A stretch of DNA of 64,000 nt from Clostridia bacterium (GTDB taxonomy: Bacteria; Bacillota; Clostridia; Oscillospirales; CAG-272), in contig JAFTKH010000003.1 in NCBI GenBank assembly GCA_017453365.1, positions 1,866 to 65,865 of the forward strand, given 5' to 3'. The position numbers and the translations under genes are program-made. The notes beneath the pieces were generated by a model. It was not told the DNA's origin and ran no database searches. It was given only the letters and a program-made list of their open reading frames with translations. Each line of letters starts with the position of its first letter. Positions within the stretch are counted from its first letter, which is position 1. Shown one piece after another: positions 1 to 9,419 of this stretch.

Positions 1-279
1 AAGACGGTTGCCGCTATGGACCTACTCGTTCCCGGTGTCGGTGAGATAATCGGCGGCTCGCAGCGTGAGGAAAGACTCGACGTCCTCACTGCCCGTATGG
101 CAGAGCTCGGCCTTGCGGAAGAGGACTATTGGTGGTACCTCAACCTCCGCAGATGGGGCGGAACGAAGCATGCAGGCTACGGACTCGGCTTTGAGCGTAT
201 TATTATGTACCTTACCGGCGTGTCGAATATCCGAGACGTTCTACCCTATCCGAGAACTGTCGGAAACGCAGAGTATTAA
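1..279 (+). CDS. asnS: asparagine--tRNA ligase, C-terminal fragment (gene begins upstream of window)
   Basis: Frame open from base 1. The tail [12 protein letters not shown]...[11 protein letters not shown]...[30 protein letters not shown] is the class-IIb AsnRS C-terminus. A hairpin terminator follows. Confidence 0.85.
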   Translation, partial: KTVAAMDLLVPGVGEIIGGSQREERLDVLTARMAELGLAEEDYWWYLNLRRWGGTKHAGYGLGFERIIMYLTGVSNIRDVLPYPRTVGNAEY

Positions 280-290
280 TTTCTGATATA

Positions 291-338
291 AAAAACCACA
301 GATTAAGTAAACTAATGTTTGCAAAATCTGTGGTTTTT
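291..338. terminator. bidirectional hairpin between convergent asnS and decarboxylase genes
   Basis: aaaaaccacagatt (291..304) pairs perfectly with aatctgtggttttt (325..338). A/T runs sit on both sides. Confidence 0.7.
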
Positions 339-341
339 TCT

Positions 342-1679
342 TTATTGCTTTATGACGCTAATTTTGTCCATACCGAGGGAGAGCATAAGCTTCACCGTAG
401 CTTCATCTATTATCTCACCGCTCACCGCTATCGGTATCGCGGGCGGACAGGAGACCGTGGGAGATGCGCATATCCTGCCTAAAGACAGCGAGGGGGGAAT
501 CTCCTCGCTCTTTGCGAAGATGGCTTCCCTTATCGACATAGCCCGCAGGGGGCGTGTCGAGCAGAAGGTCGCGGCAGGTACATTCTTCGGCGCTCTTTTA
601 GGTATCTTCTTCACAGTCTCAAGAAGATAGTCGAGCTCGCAGTCGGCGGTCTCGGTGCTCACCATAAGAACGGTGTATGAGCCATCAGAATACTCACACT
701 CTATTCCCGAGAGCCTGAGCAGCTCCGCGAGCTCCGTGCCCGTGTAGCCGATGCCCGCGGGCGCTAGGGTTATTTTAAGAGGCTCGCTCTCGGGCACGGT
801 AAGCCCGATATGAGCAAGAGCCCTCTTTATTTCCTCTGTCTTCCGTATCTTATCTTCGAGCCTCTTTCGGTAGCCTTCAGTGAGATATTTATTACATAGG
901 TCGAGCGAGGCGAGCGTAAGATAGGACGGGCTCGTCGAGGAGAAGAGCGAGAGCGCTCCTCTTGCCCCCCTTGCGTAGTGCGGATATTTCTTCGATATAT
1001 GCAGATACGCACCGCCCGTGAGTGCGGGCAGGGTCTTGTGTGCGGAGTCGGCGCACATAGCAGCGCCGAGAGCTATCGGGTGGCGCGATGGGGAGAGAAA
1101 GCCCAGATATGCACCGTGTGCATTGTCGACTAGAAGGGGTACCGAGAATTCGTCGCACACACGGGAGATACCTTCGATATCCGCTATATTGCCAAGATAA
1201 TCGGGAGAGGTGATATATACGGCGGCGGGCATATTTTGCCGCCGCTCGAGCATACTCCTCACAGCTTCGTCCGAGATAGTGCATACGGATATATGCGAGC
1301 TCTCTTCGGGATATATCCACTCCACGTCGATTCCGATAAGTCCTGCGGCACTTATGAACGCTCTGTGTGCGTTTCTGCCCGCGAGAACGGTGGGGGTGCC
1401 CGTGACACCCTCTGTCGCGAGCTTCAGCATAGCTTTTATAGCCAGCGTCGAGCCCTCGGTACAGAAGAAGGTGTGCTCTGTGTCGTAGAGCTCCGAGGTG
1501 TAGCACTCACTCTCGTGAATAATACCCTCTGCGGCGGTGAGGACGTCAGCGCCCGCGACCTCGGTTATGTCGAGCCCCTCGATACCGAGAAAGCTCCGAC
1601 CCTTATGCCCCGGCATATGAAATCTTCTGGTGCCGCTATCCCTGTAGGCACTCAGAAAGTCAAAAATCGGTGTTTTCAT
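342..1679 (-). CDS. PLP-dependent Orn/Lys/Arg decarboxylase family protein
   Basis: MKTPIFDFL...RFHMPGHKGR N-terminus and a SAHKTLPALTGG PLP-lysine box. Start chosen at 1679, where the ATG overlaps the upstream stop as ATGA; the track ORF extends to 1715. Confidence 0.8.
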   Translation of the reverse strand: MKTPIFDFLSAYRDSGTRRFHMPGHKGRSFLGIEGLDITEVAGADVLTAAEGIIHESECYTSELYDTEHTFFCTEGSTLAIKAMLKLATEGVTGTPTVLAGRNAHRAFISAAGLIGIDVEWIYPEESSHISVCTISDEAVRSMLERRQNMPAAVYITSPDYLGNIADIEGISRVCDEFSVPLLVDNAHGAYLGFLSPSRHPIALGAAMCADSAHKTLPALTGGAYLHISKKYPHYARGARGALSLFSSTSPSYLTLASLDLCNKYLTEGYRKRLEDKIRKTEEIKRALAHIGLTVPESEPLKITLAPAGIGYTGTELAELLRLSGIECEYSDGSYTVLMVSTETADCELDYLLETVKKIPKRAPKNVPAATFCSTRPLRAMSIREAIFAKSEEIPPSLSLGRICASPTVSCPPAIPIAVSGEIIDEATVKLMLSLGMDKISVIKQ

Positions 1680-3049
1680 TCTTCGGCTTCCGCCACCTGC
1701 ATCATTACGGCACATTCTATACGCTTCTTGAAGAGCTCGCAGCCGTATTCGTAAACGCCGCCGATGCTGCCCGTCGCGTGGTAGGCGTTAGCGGCACAGC
1801 CCCCGGAGCAGTATAGCTTCGCCCAGCAGTCGCGGCACTCGGGGCGCGAATAGGAGTTGCAGCCGCGGAATTCATCCTGCACTGCGGTGTTTGTCACTCC
1901 GTCCCATATATTGCCGAGCGAATACTTGGGGTCACCGACGAATTGGTGGCAGGGGAAAAGCTCTCCCCACGGAGTTACTGCCATATATTCCGTACCCGAG
2001 CCGCAGCCGGTTATTCTCTTATAGATACACGGCCCGTGCTTAAGGTCAAGCATATAGTGGTAGAACGTGAAGGGGCGCCCCTCACGGCGTCGTTTTATCA
2101 TTTCCTTCGCGAGTATCTCGTATTGCTCGAGAAGCTTCGGCAGGTCCTCGTCCGTCAGAGCATACGGGTCACCCTTGGGGCATACCACGGGCTCCATGCT
2201 AAGCTCGGTAAAGCCGAGGTCAGCCATGTGGAAAAGGTCGTTTGTGAAATCAACGTTGTTGTGGGTGAACGTGCCTCTTACGTAGTAGTTTTTTCCCTCG
2301 CGGCGTCTTACAAGCTCGAGAAATTTCGGAACTATAACGTCATAGCTTCCGTCACCGTTGTAGTTCTTCCTGAAATGGTCGTTTATTTCCTTCCGCCCGT
2401 CGAGGCTGAGAACCACGTTGCTCATCTCTCTGTTGGCGAAATCTATAACGTCATCATCGATAAGCACGCCGTTGGTGGTAAGGGTGAAACGGAATTTCTT
2501 CCCGTGCTTACCCTCGACCTCTCTTGCGTAGGCAACGAGTCGCTTCACAACGTCGAAATTCATAAGCGGCTCGCCGCCGAAGAAATCGACCTCGAGGTTC
2601 CTTCTCGTCCCCGAGTTCTCGATAAGGAAATCAAGAGCTCGCTTACCCACCTCGTAGCTCATAACGGCTCTGTCACCGTGATATTTTCCCTGACTCGCGA
2701 AGCAATAGGAGCAGTTCAGATTACACGTGTGCGCCACGTGGAGACAGAGTGCCTTTACAACCTTGCTGTTGTTCTTGAAATCGTATGCGAGCTTCTCGTA
2801 TTTATCCTCGGAGAAGAGCTTTCCCGCATCCTCAAGTGCGCGTACGTCCGAGATACACTCCAACACGTCCTCGCGCGTGACGTCCTCTCTCCCTGCGTAT
2901 TTTTTTAAAATCTCCGCAGCTATTTCCTCGTCTGCGGCGCTTTTGTACATTTCTATTATGTCGTATGCCACCTCGTCGACCGCGTGAACAGAGCCGCTTG
3001 CAGTGTCGAGCACTATGTTATAACCGTTTAACTTATACTGATGTACCAT
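1676..3049 (-). CDS. scfB: radical SAM/SPASM thioether-forming SCIFF peptide maturase
   Basis: CNLNCSYC (CX3CX2C) radical-SAM cluster and a Cys-rich SPASM C-terminus (CRDCWAKLYCSGGCAANAY). It lies immediately downstream of a SCIFF precursor gene. Confidence 0.85.
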   Translation of the reverse strand: MVHQYKLNGYNIVLDTASGSVHAVDEVAYDIIEMYKSAADEEIAAEILKKYAGREDVTREDVLECISDVRALEDAGKLFSEDKYEKLAYDFKNNSKVVKALCLHVAHTCNLNCSYCFASQGKYHGDRAVMSYEVGKRALDFLIENSGTRRNLEVDFFGGEPLMNFDVVKRLVAYAREVEGKHGKKFRFTLTTNGVLIDDDVIDFANREMSNVVLSLDGRKEINDHFRKNYNGDGSYDVIVPKFLELVRRREGKNYYVRGTFTHNNVDFTNDLFHMADLGFTELSMEPVVCPKGDPYALTDEDLPKLLEQYEILAKEMIKRRREGRPFTFYHYMLDLKHGPCIYKRITGCGSGTEYMAVTPWGELFPCHQFVGDPKYSLGNIWDGVTNTAVQDEFRGCNSYSRPECRDCWAKLYCSGGCAANAYHATGSIGGVYEYGCELFKKRIECAVMMQVAEAEE

Positions 3050-3136
3050 TTTAATCTCCTAAATCAAGCTCCTATATCAATGACAAGGGGCTGTCGGCTT
3101 GATAGCGGACAACCCCTAGAACAGAAGGAAAATCTA

Positions 3137-3280
3137 TTACTTACGATTTTCGCACTGCTGATTTGCAACGCCGCAAGAAGTCTTGCACGCAGACTGGCAG
3201 GAGGTCTGGCACTCGCCACATCCGCCGTCCTTAACGGTATTAGCAATATCCTTAGTCTCAATAGTCTTGATTCTCTTCAT
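3137..3280 (-). CDS. scfA: SCIFF (six-cysteines-in-forty-five) ribosomal peptide precursor, 47 aa
   Basis: Hand translation of the minus strand gives MKRIKTIETKDIANTVKDGGCGECQTSCQSACKTSCGVANQQCENRK* with six Cys. A GGAGG RBS lies 5 nt upstream. The gene is below the ORF-track length cutoff. Confidence 0.9.
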   Translation of the reverse strand: MKRIKTIETKDIANTVKDGGCGECQTSCQSACKTSCGVANQQCENRK

Positions 3281-3384
3281 AATATCCTCCAAAATCAGAC
3301 AAAAGTCTTTATGCCCGTATTATAACATATCCTCGTGCGAATGTCAATAGAATTAATAAATCTTTTAGGGCCAAATCCCATATC

Positions 3385-3957
3385 CTAGGTAAGCAGAGCG
3401 TCAATAATGAGGGAGATTTCCCCGATGAGCTTTTCCTTCGGAGTTGTCATCCCGTCTTCAAACCACCGCGCCACAACGAGCGTGATACCGCCCGTGAGAA
3501 TATTTGCCATAGTTTCTGTTGAAACCGAAAGTCGAAGGCCTCCCTCCATACTCTTGTCGAGTCTCACCTTCGTGTCCGCACAGTTCTGCTCTATCAGCAT
3601 GCCGATTATACTGTGACTGTGGTCGCTACCGAGGATGCTCGACGCTATCTCTGTGTTTTCGGAAAAATAGGTAATGAGAGCTTCGGCATACTTAACGTAG
3701 TATTCACACGAGCCGTCGGGCTCACCGCGACGCCATACCTTTCTGTCAAATTCCTCTCGAGGCAGTCTGATAGCATACGCGAGAAAATCGTACTTATCGG
3801 TGAAATGTTTATAAAAGGTTGCGCGTCTGACCCCCGCCTCATCGCATAGCTCGTTTATGGTTATATCCTCGAACTTTTTCGCCCGTATAAGGGTGTCGAA
3901 GGCGGTCATCAACGCCTTTTTGGTCTTGACCACTCTGTAGTCCTCTTTGCCTGCCAT
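3385..3957 (-). CDS. TetR/AcrR family transcriptional regulator
   Basis: N-terminal HTH region TKKALMTAFDTLIRAKKFEDITINELCDEAGVRRATFYKHFTDKYD is typical of TetR. Confidence 0.85.
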   Translation of the reverse strand: MAGKEDYRVVKTKKALMTAFDTLIRAKKFEDITINELCDEAGVRRATFYKHFTDKYDFLAYAIRLPREEFDRKVWRRGEPDGSCEYYVKYAEALITYFSENTEIASSILGSDHSHSIIGMLIEQNCADTKVRLDKSMEGGLRLSVSTETMANILTGGITLVVARWFEDGMTTPKEKLIGEISLIIDALLT

Positions 3958-3998
3958 TACACCTCTGTCCGTTTCTTTTTTTGGCTAATTATACCATA

Positions 3999-4020
3999 AT
4001 AATTAACAAGTGTCAATTAT
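3999..4020. promoter_or_regulatory. candidate TetR operator (inverted repeat)
   Basis: ATAATTAACA-ag-TGTCAATTAT, with 9 of 10 arm positions complementary. It sits in the divergent tetR/tldD intergenic region. Confidence 0.4.
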
Positions 4021-4075
4021 TTGTTTATTAAAAATTATGAAAGACATTTAAGTTAAAAAAATAAAGCTATTTTTA

Positions 4076-4104
4076 TTGCAAAGGAAACAAATTTGTTGTA
4101 TAAT
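4076..4104 (+). promoter_or_regulatory. sigma-A type promoter for tldD-pmbA
   Basis: TTGCAA (4076..4081), 17 nt spacer, TATAAT (4099..4104). Confidence 0.55.
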
Positions 4105-4148
4105 TATTACAGTTATCAAATTTGAAAATCCGGAAGAGGAGAATTTAT

Positions 4149-5528
4149 ATGTTAGCACAAAGATTACTGGAAGAAATTCTCGGTATTGCAGTATCCGGCG
4201 GCGCAGATTTTGCCGAGGTGTACTGTGAGCTTACGAGAAACGGCAGGGTGTCGCTCCGTAATAACCTCATCGACACGATAGCTGACGAGACGGTATCGGG
4301 AGTAGGTATACGCGCCTTTCGCGGTACGTCGACCGTTTACGGCTCGACGTCGGATATATCGCGCGAGGGACTTATTAAGTGTGCGCGCTCCGTAGCATCT
4401 GCTATGGGGGAGTGCCGCGAGGGACAGAATATTGTCCTCCGCGAGCGCATATTCCCAAACATTCACCCCGTGAGAATAGTTCCCGCGAGCGCAGAGGTTG
4501 GATATAAGACGGAGCTGCTTCGCGCTGCGTGCGCGTCTGCCTCCGAATACGATAAGAGAATTGTTCAGGCGGTAGGCAACCTTATGACCGTCGACCACAC
4601 GATACAGATAGCCAATACAGAGGGGCTCCTTACCACTGACAGGCACGTCAGAACACGTATGGCGGTAAGCGCTATAGCATCAAACGGCACAGAAAACCAG
4701 TCGGGCTCTTCAAGTCCCGGACGCGGTATGGGACTCGAGGTCTTCGAGCTCTTTACTCCCGAGGAGATAGGTAGGACTGCTGCTCAACAGGCAATAACCA
4801 ACCTCGAGGCCGTATATTGTCCCGCGGGAACTATGCCCGTAGCTATCGAGAACGGCTTCGGCGGCGTAATATTCCATGAGGCCTGCGGCCACTCACTCGA
4901 GGCGACCTCGGTCGGTATCGGCTGCTCGCAGATGTGCGGTAAGCTCGGACAGAAAATAGCAAACGAAAAGGTTACCGCTATCGACGACGGAACTATTCCC
5001 GGTGCTTGGGGCTCCGTCAATATAGATGACGAGGGTAACCCCACGCAGCGCAACGTCTTAATAGAAAACGGCGTTTTGAAGAATTATATGATAGACCGCC
5101 TTGGCTCGCGCAGAATGGGTATGCCCATGACGGGTAACAGCCGCCGTGAGAGCTACCTCTACGAGCCTACCTCGCGTATGACTAATACATTTATTGATAA
5201 CGGCCCCGATAAAAACGAGGATATCATAGCGTCGATTGATTACGGACTTTATGCCAAGAGTATGGGCGGCGGCTCCGTAAACCCCCTGACAGGTGCGTTC
5301 AACTTTGCCGTTACCGAGGGATATATCATAAGAAACGGAAAGATATGCGAGGCAGTAAGGGGTGCGTCACTTATCGGTACGGGCTCGCAGATACTCGAGG
5401 ATATCGATATGGTAGGCCAGAACCTCGCCACGGGTCAGGGCATGTGCGGAAGCTCCTCCGGAAGCGTTCCCACCGACGTAGGACAGCCGCTTATCCGTGT
5501 GTCGAAGATTACAGTAGGAGGCAGATAA
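4149..5528 (+). CDS. tldD: TldD family metalloprotease
   Basis: Length and the HEACGHSLE zinc motif match TldD. An ATG at 4149 with a GAGGAG RBS is preferred over the TTG at 4122. Confidence 0.85.
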   Translation: MLAQRLLEEILGIAVSGGADFAEVYCELTRNGRVSLRNNLIDTIADETVSGVGIRAFRGTSTVYGSTSDISREGLIKCARSVASAMGECREGQNIVLRERIFPNIHPVRIVPASAEVGYKTELLRAACASASEYDKRIVQAVGNLMTVDHTIQIANTEGLLTTDRHVRTRMAVSAIASNGTENQSGSSSPGRGMGLEVFELFTPEEIGRTAAQQAITNLEAVYCPAGTMPVAIENGFGGVIFHEACGHSLEATSVGIGCSQMCGKLGQKIANEKVTAIDDGTIPGAWGSVNIDDEGNPTQRNVLIENGVLKNYMIDRLGSRRMGMPMTGNSRRESYLYEPTSRMTNTFIDNGPDKNEDIIASIDYGLYAKSMGGGSVNPLTGAFNFAVTEGYIIRNGKICEAVRGASLIGTGSQILEDIDMVGQNLATGQGMCGSSSGSVPTDVGQPLIRVSKITVGGR

Positions 5529-6881
5529 ATGAATTTTGAAGCACTTAAAAACGCTCTTGTCGAGGAGCTCACCGCCCTCGGTATATCGGAGTATGAAATA
5601 TACTATATGTCGAATTCCGACACGTCTGTCGAAACTCTCAACAAGGAGATAAGTTCTTTTACCTCCGGCAACCGTGGCGGACTTTGCCTGCGCGTCGTCT
5701 ATGACGGTAAGCTTGGCTATGCGTCGAGTGAGCTTATGGACACAGAGGAAATGAAGGAGCTTGCGCGTCGTGCGCTAGAGAACGCGAAGCATGTCGAGAA
5801 GCCAGATAAGGTAGGTATTTTTAAGGGAAGCGACTCCTACGAGGAATCGAGAGTTCCCGAGTACCGTGCACTCTCGGCAGAGGAGCTTAAGCGCGCCGCG
5901 AAAGAAGCGGGTGAGGCTATCTTCGCATATAGCGATAAGGTGAAGGACGGCAGTATGTCCCAGACCGTGTCGACCGGCTTCGTTATCCGTATAGTAAACT
6001 CTCACGGTCTCGACCTCTCAACCTCGTGCGGTGTGAATGCCGCTATAGCGGAGGCAGTAGTCGCAGAGGGCGAGGAGTTTCAGTCGGCATTTGCTCTCGA
6101 GGAGCTGAAGCCCGAGGATATCGGCGGCTCTCTTAATAAGCTCGTGGGGAAGGCGACGGACGAGGCTCTTTCGAAAATAGGAGCAGGGCTCGTCCCCTCG
6201 GGTAAATACAATATAATCTTTGACGGAAAGCAGATGCGTCAGCTTCTCTCCGTGTTCTCGTCGGTATTCTCCGCGAGAATGGTGCTCGACGGAATGTCGA
6301 TGCTCAAGGGCAAAATAGGCGAAAAAATAGCTGCACCCATAGTAACCGTAACCGACGACCCGCAAAGAGATGGAAGCTCCATAGGAACTACCTTTGATGC
6401 CGAGGGTGTTGCAACACACAGACGCGCGGTCGTTGAAAACGGAGTTCTTATTACCTATCTTCACAACCGTGAAACAGCGCTGGAGATGGGTGTAGAGAGC
6501 ACGGCAAACGCGAGCAAGGGCGATTATTCCTCTCCCGTAAGCATTATGCCGCACTCGTTTGCAATAGAGCCCGGCGATAAGAGCTTCGATGAGCTTCTCG
6601 CTCTTGCCGGTGACGGCATTCTCGTCACCGAGCTTAAGGGGCTTCACGCGGGTGCAAATCCTATAACCGGAGATTTCTCGCTCGAGAGCGCCGGATTTAT
6701 GGTAAGGGACGGCAAGGTATGCGAGGCAGTGAAGTCGTTTACCGTAGCAGGCAATTTTCTTTCGCTGCTCGAGAATATATCTGCTCTTTCCAATGAGCTT
6801 GAGCTCGGCGTGGCTACGGGCTTTACGGGATTTGCCTCTCCCGCAGTGCTTGTTCCCGGTATGAGTGTTGCAGGCAAGTAA
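5529..6881 (+). CDS. pmbA: PmbA/TldE family protease partner
   Basis: PmbA/TldD-fold paralogue lacking the HExxxH motif. Its start abuts the tldD stop. Confidence 0.8.
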   Translation: MNFEALKNALVEELTALGISEYEIYYMSNSDTSVETLNKEISSFTSGNRGGLCLRVVYDGKLGYASSELMDTEEMKELARRALENAKHVEKPDKVGIFKGSDSYEESRVPEYRALSAEELKRAAKEAGEAIFAYSDKVKDGSMSQTVSTGFVIRIVNSHGLDLSTSCGVNAAIAEAVVAEGEEFQSAFALEELKPEDIGGSLNKLVGKATDEALSKIGAGLVPSGKYNIIFDGKQMRQLLSVFSSVFSARMVLDGMSMLKGKIGEKIAAPIVTVTDDPQRDGSSIGTTFDAEGVATHRRAVVENGVLITYLHNRETALEMGVESTANASKGDYSSPVSIMPHSFAIEPGDKSFDELLALAGDGILVTELKGLHAGANPITGDFSLESAGFMVRDGKVCEAVKSFTVAGNFLSLLENISALSNELELGVATGFTGFASPAVLVPGMSVAGK

Positions 6882-6974
6882 GACATCGATAAATATTTAA
6901 CAATTTCTATTGACTTGATAGGGCAACTATGCTATTATGTTTAAGGAAAATAATTAGTTTAAGGAGAAAATAAA

Positions 6975-8291
6975 ATGGCAGCTTACAACAAGAAGACTAT
7001 TGAGGACATCGACGTAGCCGGAAAAACCGTGCTCGTCCGTTGTGACTTCAACGTTCCCATGAAGGACGGTGTTATCACGTCCGATAAGAGAATCGTCGGT
7101 GCGCTCCCCACTATCCGGTACCTGCTTGATAAGGGTGCGAAGGTCGTGCTTTGCTCTCATATGGGTAAGCCTCACAGTATCTTTACCGAGGGCTTCGGAC
7201 TTACCAAGAAGGAGAAGAAGGCGGTAGAGGCGCTTCCCGCCGAGGAGCAGGCAGCGGCAACGAAGGAGTATCTTGATAAGGCTCTTAAGAACGATAAGAA
7301 GAAGCTTACTCTTAAGCCCGTGTGCGCTCGTCTTAACGAGCTTCTCGGTGCAGAGAAGGTCGTGTTTGCCGAGGATATAATCGGCGAGGACGCGAAGGCG
7401 AAGGTTGCGGCTCTTAAGCCCGGATATGCAGTGCTTCTCGAGAACACGAGATTTGATGCAAGAGAGACGAAGAACGGCGCAGACTTTGCGAAGGAGCTTG
7501 CAGCTTATGCCGATATATTTGTAAACGATGCTTTCGGTGCTGCTCACAGAGCGCACGCATCTACTGCCGGCGTTGCTGATTATATTCCCGCAGTTTGCGG
7601 ATACCTTATTCAGAAGGAGATATCCGTTATGGGTAAGGCTCTTTCGAATCCCGAGCGCCCCTTTGTGGCGATACTCGGCGGTGCGAAGGTTGCAGATAAG
7701 CTCAACGTTATAGATAACCTTCTCACAAAGGTTGACACGCTTATTATAGGCGGCGGTATGGCATTTACCTTTGCAGCAGCGAAGGGACTTTGTGTAGGAA
7801 ACTCGCTTCTTGACGAAACGAAGCTTGATTACTGCCGTGAGATGATGGCAAAGGCGAAGGAAAAGGGCGTAAATCTCCTTCTCCCCGTCGATACCGCTAT
7901 TGCGAAGAGCTTTCCTAACCCCATCGATGCTCCAATCGACGTAGACTACGTTGACGTCGAGAACATTCCTGCTGATATGGAGGGACTTGACATAGGTCCG
8001 AAGACTGCGAAGCTCTTTGCTGATGCAGTTCTCGCTGCGAAGACCGTTGTATGGAACGGACCTATGGGTGTTTTTGAGAACCCGACCCTTGCGAAGGGAA
8101 CTATAGCTGTAGCCCAGGCGCTTGCGGAGAGCTCTGCTATAACCATAGTAGGCGGCGGCGACTCCGCAGCAGCCTGCGAGCAGCTCGGATACGCAGAGAA
8201 AATAACCCACATTTCCACAGGCGGCGGAGCATCGCTGGAATTCCTTGAGGGTAAGGACCTTCCCGGCGTTTCCTGCCTTTTGGACAAATAA
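6975..8291 (+). CDS. pgk: phosphoglycerate kinase (with an internal insertion of about 40 aa)
   Basis: Contains [34 protein letters not shown] and [14 protein letters not shown] motifs. It is 438 aa against about 395-400 aa typical. Confidence 0.95.
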   Translation: MAAYNKKTIEDIDVAGKTVLVRCDFNVPMKDGVITSDKRIVGALPTIRYLLDKGAKVVLCSHMGKPHSIFTEGFGLTKKEKKAVEALPAEEQAAATKEYLDKALKNDKKKLTLKPVCARLNELLGAEKVVFAEDIIGEDAKAKVAALKPGYAVLLENTRFDARETKNGADFAKELAAYADIFVNDAFGAAHRAHASTAGVADYIPAVCGYLIQKEISVMGKALSNPERPFVAILGGAKVADKLNVIDNLLTKVDTLIIGGGMAFTFAAAKGLCVGNSLLDETKLDYCREMMAKAKEKGVNLLLPVDTAIAKSFPNPIDAPIDVDYVDVENIPADMEGLDIGPKTAKLFADAVLAAKTVVWNGPMGVFENPTLAKGTIAVAQALAESSAITIVGGGDSAAACEQLGYAEKITHISTGGGASLEFLEGKDLPGVSCLLDK

Positions 8292-8473
8292 TTTCGGTGT
8301 AAATCGTCTGCGGCGAGTCTTGCAATAGGTTTCTATTGCCGGCGACTCCCCTCGGCGATTTCCGCTCGAAATTCTTTATTCCAAAATTGGATAAGTAAAG
8401 CTAAATACAATTCCCGACAAGACGGAGATGTTTTGTCGGGAATTTACGAGAAATAAGAGAAAAGGATAGAAAA

Positions 8474-9232
8474 ATGAGAAGAACAGTAATAGCAGGCAAC
8501 TGGAAAATGAATATGACTCCCGCTGAGACGAAGAAATTCATCGGCGAGCTCGCACCTATGGTTGCGGGGCTCGATAAGTGTGATATAGTGCTTTGTGTTC
8601 CCGCGATAGATATTCCCGCCGCAGTTGAGGCAGCGTCCGGCACTAATATCAGGATTGGTGCCGAGAATGTGCACTTTAAGGAGTCCGGCGCTTACACGGG
8701 TGAGATATCCGCGAAGATGCTCGTCGAGGCAGGCGTAGAGTACGTCGTTATCGGTCACTCCGAGCGCAGACAGTATTTCGGCGAGACCGATAAGACTGTG
8801 AACCTTCGTACCAAGGCGGCTCTTGCAGCAGGTCTTAAGACTATCGTCTGCGTAGGCGAGAGCCTCGAGGAGCGCGAGCTCGGTTATACGGAGACACTTC
8901 TTAAGTATCAGACGAAAATGGCGCTTACGGGCGTTACTGCCGAGCAGCTTAAGAATGTCGTAGTCGCTTACGAGCCCGTATGGGCTATAGGTACGGGCGT
9001 TACCGCTACCGCAGAGCAGGCAGATGAGGGCAACGGCTTTGTTCGCGCGGCTATCGCGGAGGCTTACGGTGCCGAGGCGGCTGAAGAGGTAACCGTTCAG
9101 TACGGCGGCTCTATGAACGACGGCAACGCGGCAGAGCTCCTCTCGAAGGTGAACGTCGACGGCGGCCTTATCGGCGGCGCATCGCTTAAGACCGATAAGT
9201 TCACCGCCATAGTTAAGGCGGCTAATGCGTAA
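8474..9232 (+). CDS. tpiA: triosephosphate isomerase
   Basis: Contains IAGNWKMN, VIGHSERR, AYEPVWAIGTG and GGASL motifs. Confidence 0.95.
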   Translation: MRRTVIAGNWKMNMTPAETKKFIGELAPMVAGLDKCDIVLCVPAIDIPAAVEAASGTNIRIGAENVHFKESGAYTGEISAKMLVEAGVEYVVIGHSERRQYFGETDKTVNLRTKAALAAGLKTIVCVGESLEERELGYTETLLKYQTKMALTGVTAEQLKNVVVAYEPVWAIGTGVTATAEQADEGNGFVRAAIAEAYGAEAAEEVTVQYGGSMNDGNAAELLSKVNVDGGLIGGASLKTDKFTAIVKAANA

Positions 9233-9419
9233 GCAGTAATGTTTCTAATAAATTAGAAAACCTTTGTTTTGTTAGTAATTTTGTAATATTTGATTGAATA
9301 AGAATTGTGCAAATTCTACAAGGATGGTTTTTTTAAAATGTTGAAACTGCCCCTTGCCTTGCGGTGGATTGTATGTTAAAATAAAAAAGCTAGAAAAAAT
9401 TAATTTAGGAGAATTAAAA

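Noticed and set aside
4122-4148. N-terminal extensions offered by the ORF track: 4122 (tldD), 9354, 19772, 23176, 27677, 33191, 40371, 42579, 59059 and 61225.
   Set aside because: In each case an internal ATG with a properly spaced GGAGG-type RBS begins the conserved part of the protein. The extension is non-homologous, uses a TTG/GTG start, or overlaps a promoter.
6954-8210. 418-aa ORF on the minus strand.
   Set aside because: It is entirely antisense to pgk, whose plus-strand product has unmistakable Pgk motifs. The antisense translation is Leu/Arg/Cys/Ser-rich with no protein-like pattern.
8300-8400. The direct near-repeat ggcgagtc / ggcgactc around a gcaatag/ctattgc hairpin, as a riboswitch or attenuator in the pgk-tpiA spacer.
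   Set aside because: It is too short and unremarkable, and no known riboswitch core motifs were recognised. Only the longer 12-bp hairpin downstream was reported.
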